In this document: positions 49,702 to 64,000 of the stretch, piece after piece
How positions within the stretch are numbered: the first letter of the stretch is position 1
Layout of the letters: each line of letters begins with the position of its first letter
Assembly: GCA_023515725.1 (NCBI GenBank)
Contig: JALDTO010000266.1
Span: 766,970-830,969, forward strand
Direction of reading: 5' to 3'
From: Amoeboaphelidium protococcarum X5
Lineage: Eukaryota; Fungi; Aphelidiomycota
DNA: 64,000 nucleotides
Program-made: the position numbers and the translations under genes
The notes under the pieces: model-generated
Told to the model about the DNA's origin: nothing
Databases searched by the model: none
The model's input: only the letters and a program-made list of their open reading frames with translations

Positions 49702-51084
49702 TCATTTATATTCATTAAGCTTGAATGTACTCTTGAAGGCCGTGAGATTGTCTTGATCTTAGGCATTTTTAACACCACGGCTTTGCCTTCTTAATTGCAA
49801 AGAGTTAAATCTAGACAGAATCGATGTAGCGGACAATGTTGACCCAGCAATAGACTTTTCAGGTGGATTCGCCATATTCAAAATGTTGGCTCCTACATAT
49901 GATGCCAAGTCGCCTCGATATTATCCGCCTATAATACAGCTGTCTGGTCTAACCATTTTAACTTTGTCTGCAAGTGTATTCAAGTTGTTTTGAACCAATG
50001 AATAGCTTTTTGCTTCTGACAATCCATGTTGAATCTCCATCAGCAGCCTCAACTTCATTCCAGGCACTAAAGACGCAGGTCCGATAACCATTAGATTCTC
50101 AACGACACGAATGCGATCATCAATAGCTACGTGTTACAACTAAGCGATTACAATGCCTACTATGTTCAATTCCACGACATCATCTATTATTCTACTTATA
50201 TCTTGGGTAACATCATGACCATCTTTATCTATCCGAAGAATTGCCATAAGATCACTGTCAGCAAGCGCAAAGAGAAGTTCATACACGGACCATCTCATCC
50301 ATGCAGGTACAGTCAATGCAGTTCCATCAGAAAGCGTATACACATAATCTCTACTTTACACATCGTATTTATCCTTATCAAGAGCCCTCACAAGAGAGCA
50401 GCGAAACATTAAATCTAAACAGAGTAAATCCTCACTGAGTAAAGTATCCAAAGAACCTTATGAAGACAGCAAACCATGTTACAACAAAAGCCATTTGAAG
50501 ACCCGTAAAACGCAATCAAAACCAATCTTGGTATAATTAGGACAATCATAGCATTAAATGACGCGTCCATGGACAATCTACATATGAAAAGTTTATATAG
50601 AGCTTAAACTCAACAATAAAAAATCTTACTGCTTAGCAAGAGGTGTAAGAGTTAGACATATCAATGACCAGCCCTGTGAGAGATGGAACGGCAAAAAGAG
50701 CAGTGAAAGACTGAGAGAGCACCACACAGTCAACACTTACACTGCCCAACCTCCTCTTCAATATATATACAACTTTAGACACATTGTCTTGACTAGCGAC
50801 ATCATTTTCTAGAATCATTATTCGATCTGGCTTAATCTACACCCAATTCGAAGTTCATAATTTATCACGGCATAAGAGTAAAAGTAATCTTACTGCGTGC
50901 AGTGTAGCCAAGGTGGAATCATCAGTTACATCCACAGAGTGTGGCATAAAATCGACTCCAGCAATACCTAGTCTAAGAACACTTCCTTCTACAATATAAA
51001 AATATAATCATTACACTAAATCGTCGAAATCACTACTATTGATGGAAAGCACTTACAGAGAGGCAGTACAATCAAAGTTGTCAT
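49702..51084 (-). CDS. Divergent actin-related protein, probably dynactin Arp10/Arp11 (spliced)
   Basis: GSVLRLGIAG, GLVIDM, IDDRIRVVENLMVIGPASLVPGMKLRLLMEI; GT-AG introns. Confidence 0.7.
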
Positions 51085-51376
51085 GGTTGATCAATTGTCT
51101 ATACAGATGAACACTCTTAATCTATTCCAGAGTTTATCGTTTCGAAATCTCAAATGGGAAATTGTAGAGATCTAAAAGTCTGTTTCTTCGTTTCAGTACA
51201 GAACTTGAATTTTCGTTTTGAAAGTTCCAAATGGGAGAAAGCGCGAGTGTGAGAACGCGTCCTCTCACTTCCTTCCTTCTTATTCTCTGCTGCAATACTG
51301 TACTTAGCACTCTCTACTTTGACCACGTCTGACATTACATTACATTATACAAGTTATATAATTATTTGAGAACAGT

Positions 51377-52918
51377 ATGACTTTAGGAAGCAATAAAATA
51401 CAGTTCAAGCCATCCAAGCCTATAGTGATTAAGAAGCTTGAGGGTGAACAAACATCCAGTGTGGTGGAGTCTTAAGAGAAGACATCTAAAATTTATGATA
51501 ATAGTATCAAGGCGTCCAGTCATGATCAGAATCTGAAGAGAAAGGCTTCCAACGATGTTTTACAAGAGGATTAAGAAGGTGGAGATTCATTGAATGGCTT
51601 ATAACAGTAACAACATCAGCATTATACAAAAGATCGCGCAAAGTAGTAGAAACATGATGGGGGTGAAGACGGTACCAGTAGAAGTAGTCTCAGTGATCCT
51701 CAGTCTAATGTTGCGACAGCCTCATCCTCTATGACTTCTCTACTTAATCCACCACTCACTGGCTAGTCATCTGCCTTTGGGCAATCATCAATGTCTGCTA
51801 GAACTTTTGGCTCTGGGTTTACCTTACCTTCTTTTGCATCATCCTCCAAAGTGTCAGCTACGTCTTTTGCACAAAATGCTGACTAGGTATAGGTGACACA
51901 GTAAAAGAGTGAGGATAAGTAGAAATTTAGCGGCGAATCTCAGCAGTAAAAGAGTACGAAAAGTATATTCGGATAATCTGTTGGAACTGTCGGCGGTGGA
52001 TTCTAGTCTGTGCTGAGTGGTATTCAAGACAAGGCAAAGTCCAACTTTGATGAATTATTAAAATAACAAGACAAAGCGGATAATGACCAGTCAGCTATCG
52101 GTAAAAAGTCTAATGATGGAGCTTAATTCGAACAAAGATCTGTCCACACTGGAGAAGAGGAAGAGATTACTCTATTGCGCAATAGAGTTGTGATAAAGAA
52201 GTATGATTAGGAGGAGAAGGAGTGGAAACATCGAGGATAAGGTCTGGTCCATTTGAATATATCTCATAAGCAAGAATAGCGTTCTGCTGCAGCATCAACT
52301 TCATAATCACCGTCAAAGTAAAGCATCAAGAAAACCCCTAATGATGCAGCTAAGAGTTCTAGTTATAAGGCTCGCCTGATTGCTAGGAGTTTAGGCACGA
52401 TGGGACTTATTCTAAATGTGGCCATATTCGAAGGTATGTCAGTGAAGAAGAGCGGAGATAGAAGTTTGATATTCGGATCGATGGCAGATGATGGCCAATT
52501 TGTGACTTATGCATTAAGGTATGAGAACAAGGAAATTGTTGAAGACTGGTTGTAAATGTTGTAATAGTTGACACAGAAGAATGGAATTGAAACTGTATAC
52601 TCTTAGATCGCGGACGATATTAAAAATGGCATTTAGAATCAGCATCATTAGCAATTTGATTATTATTATTATCATTAGGATGAAGAAGCATAAGGGAATG
52701 GTTAGTAGGATAATAAGTAGAAGGATGATCAGGAGGATAAGAGTCAATCAAACGCGTCATCATCGTAGCCAAGTCAAGATGGCGAAGACGACGACGACGA
52801 TGATGATCAAGAGGTGAACGAAAGTGGCTACAGAGATGAAGATGCTTCTGAAGACGTGGTGAGTATGCCAGATAGTCAAGACGGCACATGGGACGAATTT
52901 GTACCATAGAAAGAATGA
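51377..52918 (+). CDS. Ran-binding-domain protein (Yrb2/RanBP3/Nup2-like)
   Basis: FG-like low-complexity region, then VHTGEEEE...EWKHRGQGLVHLN...ARLIARS...LILNV; acidic tail. Confidence 0.8.
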
Positions 52919-53247
52919 CACTCTCACTCTCAAGTATCAAATACAACTTATTTATAACAATGGTGTTTTAAGGTTACTACCTACTATCTGATTTGACACA
53001 CCGCTATTGTCATTGGTCCTATCTATTGGGCGATCGTTTCACCTTTCATCACAACACACGACAATCAATCAACGGAAAGAGCGAGCGAGCGAGCCAGCGA
53101 TAGAACTAGAACCTTAACCGACTGAGTGATTGAACGCGAAAGTTTTCCCTGAGCAGAACAAGTCTTACGCTACCAACCAGACTTTTAACAGTACCTTATA
53201 CCAGTGATTTTATCCAACGATTAATAAAATAATTTAAAAAAATAAAA

Positions 53248-53712
53248 ATGTCATTGGTGGTGCCAGAGACTGAAAACTTTCAGCACATTCTACGTGTTTT
53301 GAACACTAATATTGATGGTCGTCATAAGATTATGTACGCGCTCACCGATATTAAAGGTGTGGGTCGCCGTTACGCCAACCTGGCATGTAAGAAGGCTGAT
53401 GTGGACACCAACAAGCGTGCCGGTGAACTGACCACCGAAGAGCTGGAGCGTATTGTCAATATCATGCAGAACCCTCGTCAGTTCAAGATTCCAGACTGGA
53501 TGCTCAACAGATAGAAAGACATCAAGGATGGATCTTATGGCTAGTTGCTCTCAAACTTTTTGGACAACAGTCTGCGTGAGGATTTGGAGAGATTGAAGAA
53601 GATTCGCGCTCACCGTGGTCTGCGTCACTACTGGGGTCTGCGTGTCCGTGGTCAGCACACCAAGACTAGCGGTCGTAGAGGTAAGACTGTCGGTGTCTCT
53701 AAGAAGAAGTGA
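53248..53712 (+). CDS. RPS18: 40S ribosomal protein S18 (uS13)
   Basis: [20 protein letters not shown] (Q=TAG), [22 protein letters not shown]. Confidence 0.98.
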
Positions 53713-54048
53713 TTGACTCTCATTTTTAATATACACCATCATTCCATAACATGCGCGTTTCTGTATTTTACATTGTGGCTCTCGTTTCTCGTTATCTCTT
53801 AGCATTAGTTTTAGCATCGCTTTCTTTCTTTCTGAGTTGCTTACTTGAACCTTTTTGGACATCGTAGTAATCTGTTGAGTGGCGAGCTTCGTCTCTCTCT
53901 CTTTCTGTTAAGTTTCTCCGTTTCGTGTCCTCTCTTTGATTAGATCATCCACGTTATTCTAAACATCTCTGGTATATTCAATCATCATCAATTGTGTATA
54001 GTCAGCCATATTACCAGTTTGACTCTTTTTGATAATTATTGTAACATT

Positions 54049-56634
<2,586 letters not shown>

Positions 56635-56909
56635 ATTTTTAGTACATTGTCCGCCTATTTAATTATTATATATCATTTTTGATTTCCACAGATTGGATAC
56701 GCCATTTTCATTCGAGGTCACTGAAGGCTATTTCACGTTGGATCTTTTACGCGTTCAAAGGGAGAAATTCCGCGACGCGTTTCTGTTACAGGATTGTTTC
56801 ACCATTGAAAGTTATATAGAAGCTTTTCTCTGGAAGAATCTCTTACCTGTATCATCTATACGTCCTTTTATTATCATTGTAGCATTTTCAGTGTCTTGTA
56901 GTATTCAGT

Positions 56910-58934
56910 ATGCAAGTTTTGGAGGATTTTAAAATCAAGGGTGGATGCAAGAATGCAGTGTTATAATGGTCTCCATCTTCAGACATGTTTATTGTTCAGG
57001 ACTGCAGTGGAGATTAGCGTCCTTCTAGAATATATAGAATCAATGGAGACCAAGTAGTAGAACATTAGTCTGAATCTACACCTTTTTGGTTTACATATAA
57101 TGGTCGGTTTTTGCTAGATGGAGGTTGTATGAAGGTTTCGCATACAGAGAGTCTTTTGCCATAAAAGCAATAACAACTATCAACTGGCAATCATCATTCG
57201 CTGGTTTACGATTTCTCTTAGTTGTTGCAAGATAAGACTATGTAACAAGAGCTCTCAAATTGTGAAAAGAATAAGAACATAGTGTGTTAATGTGTTTATT
57301 TGTCTCTACGTGGTGATGAAGATGATGGTGGTCATGAGGTATAGAATAGTTTAGACCATTTAATCACCTCATCTGACTACTCCATTTGGGAAGAGTTCAA
57401 GTATTCTGTCAGTCTGAATTTACCACTTTTTGTCTAGCTCAATAAGGAGTCTCAAAAACTCACTATATCTTTACTTGGTCTGGTACAAATTTGCACTGTA
57501 GATATCCGTCATCAAGTTTAGAGTTATGAAGCACACTTGTCTCAAGATGGTTCTATTCTGGATATTGTACTAAAGAAGATTGATAACACGATGGGTATAC
57601 TGTCTTTGAGTATGCCTCAATTTGAAAATCGTGTATGGTTATTGTTGAAAGATTTATCCATAGGGATGATGGATCTTAATAATTAGAATCAGACTGCGAT
57701 AAAGTAAATAGATAATATTCAGGAAGGTTGCTAAAAGATTCAAGTTCTAATTAAAGATTAGATGAAAAGATTTGATATGATTTGTATAAATTAGCAGGTG
57801 GAACCATTCAACTTATTGTATCAAATTATCGAAAGCACTAGATTAGACTATAGTGAACTTGTGATCACCTTCATTAAAGGCAGTGGCGGTCTTAAGTAAA
57901 TAATCTCTCAATTGACGCAAGTTAAACAACTTTAAAGCGACTTGATTAAATAGCTGGAGTAAGATTCACTCTAGTAATATGCAAGCACTTATGACTCTAT
58001 ACTGCGCAAAGCTCTATACTTGGCGTTTCTCAGTGATACTAAAGATCAAGACTATGCTCATTAATCTGTATTAGATGAAATGAAGAATTGCAGACTGTAT
58101 GGCTATCAGCTACATGAATTTGGTATCAAAGTTCTTAGTGGTATCTAGAGTATTGTTGTGGGGTATGAGGTATTTGTAAAGTTTATAACGTCCTGCTTAA
58201 TTCTAATGGAAAATAGTGACCGGTCTCAACTTTTAACAGATGAGGAATTCAACTCTATTGTAGAGCAGGTTGGTGGTTCAGAATTTGATGTGGAGTAGCT
58301 TTTGCGCTTCATGTCCTCTTATGACATGGTGAATTATTACTAGTGCAAGATGTTGAATGTTGACTCTTCGAAGCTGGTGGTTGATTGTATTATTGATTCA
58401 AAGACGTTCATTGTACTTTGTCAGAAGCTTGATGATTGCATGAAAATACTGACCAAGTATCTGCAAATGTCATTTTATTCGTCAAAGTAATGTTAACTGT
58501 AATCTTCATTTGAATTTTAAAAGAAGGCTGATATATTGTGCTCTAACAGAAGCAAAGAAGATAATGATCTGATCGTGGCCAGCGTGCAGAATGATCAATT
58601 CATCTTATTCCACCAGGAGCATAGGTAAGAGTTTAAGATTCCACCGGATATGACTATTAGAGGTGTCCAAATTCTGAATCAAGATCTTGTAATGCTCCTC
58701 ATCACGTCATAATCTGATGATTGCGATTACATTACTGCACTGTATATACAAGAGTTGATTGAGACTAAGAAATTATCATTCAAGTCAAGGTGCTAAGTTA
58801 AGAGTAATTGCAGACTGGCCAATAGTGGAAAAAGAAATTTGGCTGCCGTCTATAATGACAAGAGAATTCAGATTATCGATCTAGCAGAGTTGACTGACAG
58901 TGCGGAATAAGATGAAGATGATGATTAAACATGA
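56910..58934 (+). CDS. APC4-like anaphase-promoting complex subunit (~674 aa)
   Basis: 2-kb TGA-free frame absent from the ORF track; N-terminal WSPSSDM...IYRINGDQV and C-terminal SGKRNLAAV...IQIIDL plus an acidic tail, resembling Apc4. Confidence 0.6.
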
Positions 58935-59451
58935 AATTTTGTATCAATTAATAGCATTCAATTACTACTGCTTTATTCTTCTCTATACAATTTCATTCCA
59001 TTATTAATATTATGCAGGCGTTAGTTGACGTTAATTAATCGATCTTGAGCATCGCGCAACTTTCTAATGCTCTCTTGCAACTGCGGACGGTGAACAGTAT
59101 CCTAAATCAATTACAACTCTACAATAAAGTTTTACATGAACCCTATAGCGTAATAACGATTGAATACATACCAGCATTAAGACGCTCAATTTCCGATTGC
59201 AACCTGACCTGAGATGCATGACATCGATTGGCCACAACGCATTGCTCTGTAAGCAAATCACGCGCCAAATTTTGCATTGCGACTGGCTCTGATTAGAACA
59301 AACGATACAACGAACGATGATGTTTAAAAGGAAAACTAGTACGAAATTTATTGTTACTTGGTTGGCCAAATCAGTCTATCGAAAGGAGAAAAGCAAGAAT
59401 AAAACTAAAGTGCAACTCTTTGTACTACGAAAGAAGAATCATGATTTATAA

Positions 59452-60732
59452 TCATTGTTCAACTACAACTACTGTACCGTCCACCTAATCGTCCTACTAC
59501 TGCTACTATTCATCCACTCCGTTCTGCTCAATAAACTCGCTGTGATACTACTTTAACAGCTGATCAACATCTTCCACAGACTGAGGTTTAACATCAGCCA
59601 ACAGTTTGATCTGCGCAGTCACAGACTTGATCTGATCATCAGTCAAGTGCAGGCCGAGCTATTAAACACGATTCTTCACAGCATTCCATCCGGTCAGACG
59701 ATGTCCAATGGACACGTAGCGAGTCATACCAAAGTCTTCAGGCTTCAGAATCTCATAAGTGGATGGATTGTTCAAGATGGCCTTGGCATGAATACCAGCC
59801 TTGTGGGTAAAAGCACAGTATCCCGTAATGTAGTTGTTGAACGGGACTTGCACAGATACAGCATCAGCGACCAGATTTTCAATATCACGCAGCATGTGCA
59901 ACTTGTACTTGCTTTTAATGTAATCCTTGTTCACAGTGTACATTCTAGCCACCAGACCACCTAGAGGTGTAATGCCATTACGCTCGCCGATACCTAGTAC
60001 CGAAGTGTCAATATGAGTGGCTCCAGCTTCAAGTGCAGCGTATGCATTCGCTATAGCACATCCAGTGTCATTGTGAAAGTGACACTCAATATCACAACTG
60101 ACAACACTTCGCAAAGTGCGCACCAATTCATACACCTGGCGAGGACTAGCCACTCCGACAGTATCTGCAATACCAACACGATTAACACCAATTCTATCCA
60201 TGGTTCTGTAGATGTTCAGCAGATCAACCAGATCAGATCTGAAAGAATCCTCACTGCTAAATCTCACCTCCAAGCCCTTGCTCTTGATATAGTTGACCAC
60301 TTCGATCGCCTTCTCCGTGATATAATTCATATCCTTACCATGAGAGAATTCTCTCAGAATAGATGAAGTACCAATGACAACATCCAAGCCATCCACACCA
60401 GTCTCCACCGCAACTCTAGCATCATCCATGTGACATCTAACGTGCGTCAATATCTTGCTCTTCAGCCCCAACTTGCAGATGGCCTCACAGTCCTCCCGCG
60501 ATTGCTCAGAGGCAGCAGGACTGGTCAGCTCAATGTACTCCACACCGAATTCATCCAGAGCTTTGGCAATCTCAATCTTCTTCTCGCGATCAAAGAATGC
60601 GTTGGCAAACTACTCACCCTCCCTCAGCGTAGACTCGATGATAGAAAAGTTTTCCAGTCTGCTCAGAGGATCCTGAGCCACAATCTTACTCAAATCCTCA
60701 TCCTACTACTATCGATTATTACTTGCCATCAT
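59452..60732 (-). CDS. Homocitrate synthase (alpha-aminoadipate lysine pathway, Lys20/Lys21 family)
   Basis: [12 protein letters not shown] (Q=TAG), [32 protein letters not shown]. Confidence 0.97.
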
Positions 60733-61193
60733 TTTACACAGTGATTTAATAATTATAATGTAATTTCTATTTAAAGACTAGACCAAATCTTATGCAGAAT
60801 ATACAAATACTTGGAACTTTCTATAGGGAATTGAATGAAAACACAAAACGGGATCAAAAAGGGTGAAAGAGCGAACGGGAAAAGTTTAAAACAAGAAAGC
60901 GAGAGAGGAAACGCGATGGCGATTGATCTGGTTGTTGTTTTACCTGAAGAAGACGCGCAAGAAAGACCGAGTTTGCCACAACGGGTCCCATTTCGATCAA
61001 TCTGGTTTGTTTAGGAAAGGTCATTCGCAATTGGTTAATCATCGTTTGACGCCAAGTTCAACGTTAATTCAAAAACCATATATGTAAAAGGAGAGCGTAT
61101 ATTGTAAAAATAAAGATGCATTTCAGTAATCATTTATTATATTCATTTTCAGAAAATTGATTGTCACAATTTGCCCAGAGAACCATTAGATAG

Positions 61194-61902
61194 TCACTTG
61201 CTCAGCTCCTTCTCAACGTTCTTTGCAATCGAGTCCGGTGTGGTGGTTGACGCGAAACGATCGACAACCTGGCCATCCTTGCCGATCAGAAACTTTTCAA
61301 AGTTCCACTTGATGCGCTCCATCATCAGTTAAGACTTTTGGGACTTCATCCACTGGTACAGCGGGTGGGTGTTGTCGCCATTGACGTCAACCTTCTCCAT
61401 CAGCGGAAACTTGACATTGAAGCGGGTGGTGCAGAAATTCTGAATCTAATCTTCACTGCCAGGCTCCTGACCACCAAATTGATTACATGGGAATCCCAAC
61501 ACGGTGAATCCCTTGTCCTTGTACTAGTCATACAACTTTTGCAGACCATCGTATTGATTCGTGAATCCACACTCGGAAGCAGTGTTCACAACTAGCACAA
61601 CCTACATATAAAGTGCAAATGAGCGATGATGAATTAAAACAATCAATTAGTTGACTAAGACTTACCTTTCCCTTCAACTGAGCAAGATCATACGGTTGAT
61701 GCTTGATGTCGTTCACGGTGAAATCATGAAAACTCTTGGCAGCCATGTTAGATGATGCGGTAGTAGTATAAAACTTGCGAAAAGTGGCAAGTAGCGGATT
61801 GCTAGTAGTATTTAAACGTGTAGTAGAGAGTAGAATTTTGACCACTTGTACAGATAAAGTAAATACAATGACGTAGATTAGAAGAGAAACCCAGCGACGC
61901 AT
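61194..61902 (-). CDS. Cys-type glutathione/thioredoxin peroxidase (GPx family; intron 61602-61665; alternative start 61746)
   Basis: [39 protein letters not shown]. The catalytic residue is TGT (Cys). Confidence 0.95.
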
Positions 61903-62912
61903 TTCTCTTCCTGTTTCGAATCCTTTCGATGATGTAAGCGCTCAGTGACTTCGAATTGATGAACGCTCCAATCACACGCGCTCGTTGGCTTTGCTTTGCA
62001 TTGGAGCTGCAAGGAGAAAAGGTTTGCATTTGAGAGCGCGTTGTTGAAACGATTCCCAATGGAAAAAGACACTTAATGTAATCTATCTGGCGATATCGCT
62101 GTGTTAATCCCTAAAGTTTATTCTAGGCCGCTCCACATGACTGACTGATCATCATACCTTTACAGTTTTAAACAATGGTGGTTGCTAGGGAGTAGCATAA
62201 AACGGATGCCGTGAGAAGAGTTCAGTTAATCTTCACCATGCTGTTAAAAATCAACAGCACGCTAGCACATCAGCAATAAAGGGAACCCGTCTTAAGTGCT
62301 TACTTTCTCGTTAACTTTAGATACATAATGATTATATCCGCACCATTCTCTCATTCGGGGTATTCTGTACCTCTTATTTCTTCCACAGACTCCATCATTG
62401 CTATAAACCAAACTTGCAATGAACGTACACTGCGAGTGCCTCTTCAGGATTATTGCTGTTAGACACTTAGATTAAGATAAAGTAGCTTTTCGCTGTATGT
62501 AGCTTAGCTCTCAATGATAAAAGTTGGATAATACTTCAACGTCAACTATCACGATTCCCTTTGATGTTGAAACGCCTGACAATGTCGGCGTCCATAATGT
62601 CAACCGCGTGAACACTCTCCAACATTGTCTCCACTATGAATCTTTATAGAGTATACTCTATTCTTATGCGCAGCAAAATAAATTCTGTGTAGCATGTGCC
62701 CCGTTGAATCGCTCTCTGTCTCAAGCTGATTACGCAACAATGGCGACGCTGAGGATGACAGGCCGAACGTGAATGAAGATTGTTTGGACTTTGGTACTGT
62801 ATAGTTGAAGCTGGCGCTTTAGTCTAAATAGACTGAAATGTATAAAAAAATAAAACAAAGTTCAAAAATAGCATGTTTAAAAGAGAAAGAATTAAAATTT
62901 AACTGCCATTAT

Positions 62913-63826
62913 TGTTCGACATCCAAAGTGATCCAGCGAGGTACAGGCACGCCAGCAGAGAGACAGACAGACAGAGGAAGAGGATACCAACAGAGACACA
63001 GAGAGAGATGCAGACGGAGGTAGAGGATACCAGCCAAGTGGAGACAGACAGATAAGGAGAATGGAAAGATACCAACAGAGGAAACAGCAGAGGACTATAA
63101 TGTGCAGTTGAACGGATGATATTCAGGAGCGCGTGCAAGAGGATACACCAGCCAGATAAAAGCAGAAGCCAGAGTAAAAGAGACGGGAAGAGGTATGCAG
63201 AGGAAAGGACAGGATAAGACCAGAGTTTAAGCACCAATAAGCAGATAGAGACGAATTCCAAAACTTGCCATAAACCTAACAGAAGCAGACAAGTCTTGAG
63301 AGATTCACTTACAACTAGGTAGCAATTAGGAACGCAAAGAGACGGGCAATAAGGTGGAGCACGAGAAGGCGGGAGAGCATTTCAAAGACCAAGGCAAGAG
63401 GGACAAAAGGAGCCACAGCGAGTCATTGGGAACCAGACATGAGGAACATTGTCAGATGAAACGTAACAGGCTGACCAGGAGACAAAGTGAGAACAACCAG
63501 AGCAATATGACACCTACAACGAATAATACAAGCTTACCTTTCTGCTGCAACCTTAACTGGGCGAAGCAAGTTGCAATCACAAACTCATCCTACAAAGACA
63601 GAGCAAAAAACATCATGTTACAATATCATAAGGTAGTAGAATCTTACCGATGGATGAGAATGTATCACGTCCGCCACCTGCTTCTCGTACCAAAACCTTG
63701 TCGTCACCTCAATAAAGAATACACTTACCACAAAATCCAATAAAGTCCAAAAAGTCCACACAGAGTCCAAAATCAGAACGTCGCAGCAGCAATAGAGTAC
63801 CTACACATTCAACAGGTTAGAGAACA
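62913..63826. mobile_element. Possible retrotransposon LTR (TGTTC...GAACA termini); orientation unresolved
   Basis: 914-bp strongly purine-skewed block with no recognisable gene, bounded by a 5-bp inverted repeat with TG...CA ends and followed by TGGTCTAGGACC and a T-rich tract. Confidence 0.3.
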
Positions 63827-64000
63827 TGGTCTAGGACCTTTTTTTGGTATTTTTATATTTTTTGTTTATTTTTTTTGTATTTTTTGTATTTTTTATTACT
63901 AAACTACGTTAGTTGTGTATTAGCTGGTGTTGTCGTCGTAGTTGCTGTGTTGTTGTGTAGTCGATCCTATATACAAAGCTGAGGTGGCCATCCAGATTCA

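Noticed and set aside
61500-61600. Possible selenocysteine in the GPx
   Set aside because: The active-site codon is TGT (Cys).
62100-62800. Possible gene or pseudogene in the gap after GPx
   Set aside because: The frames examined were short and TGA-interrupted, with no recognisable motif.
63780-63846. TAGGACCT plus a T-run resembling a tRNA-Gln 3' end with a Pol III terminator
   Set aside because: No GTTCRA T-loop or cloverleaf upstream; no tRNA gene was recognised anywhere in the window.

Overview
Gene-dense, intron-poor eukaryotic nuclear DNA that uses a non-standard genetic code: TAA and TAG encode Gln and only TGA is a stop (table 6-like). The supplied standard-code ORF track is therefore fragmented, and all CDS below were re-read by hand with TAR=Gln. 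Fungal-type genes (chitin synthase, CHS7, homocitrate synthase, Cch1-type channel) plus this code point to an aphelid such as Amoeboaphelidium protococcarum; this identification is an inference. About 35 protein genes are recognisable, mostly housekeeping. The main discovery is an intact 745-aa Fanzor (Fanzor2/IS607-TnpB-type RNA-guided nuclease) at 7355-9592. It is hidden by about 30 in-frame TAA/TAG codons and has the rearranged RuvC triad, a poly-Lys NLS, an apparently lost zinc finger, no neighbouring transposase and a candidate omega-RNA downstream. Other notable items are an ankyrin-repeat/chitin synthase fusion, a three-member family of unknown secreted ~500-aa proteins (two of them flanking a secreted CBM18 lectin), a Cch1/NALCN-type channel with a Q-D-E-E filter, and an LTR-like unit at the right edge. 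No database searches were run; coordinates and family calls come from manual translation and motif recognition.
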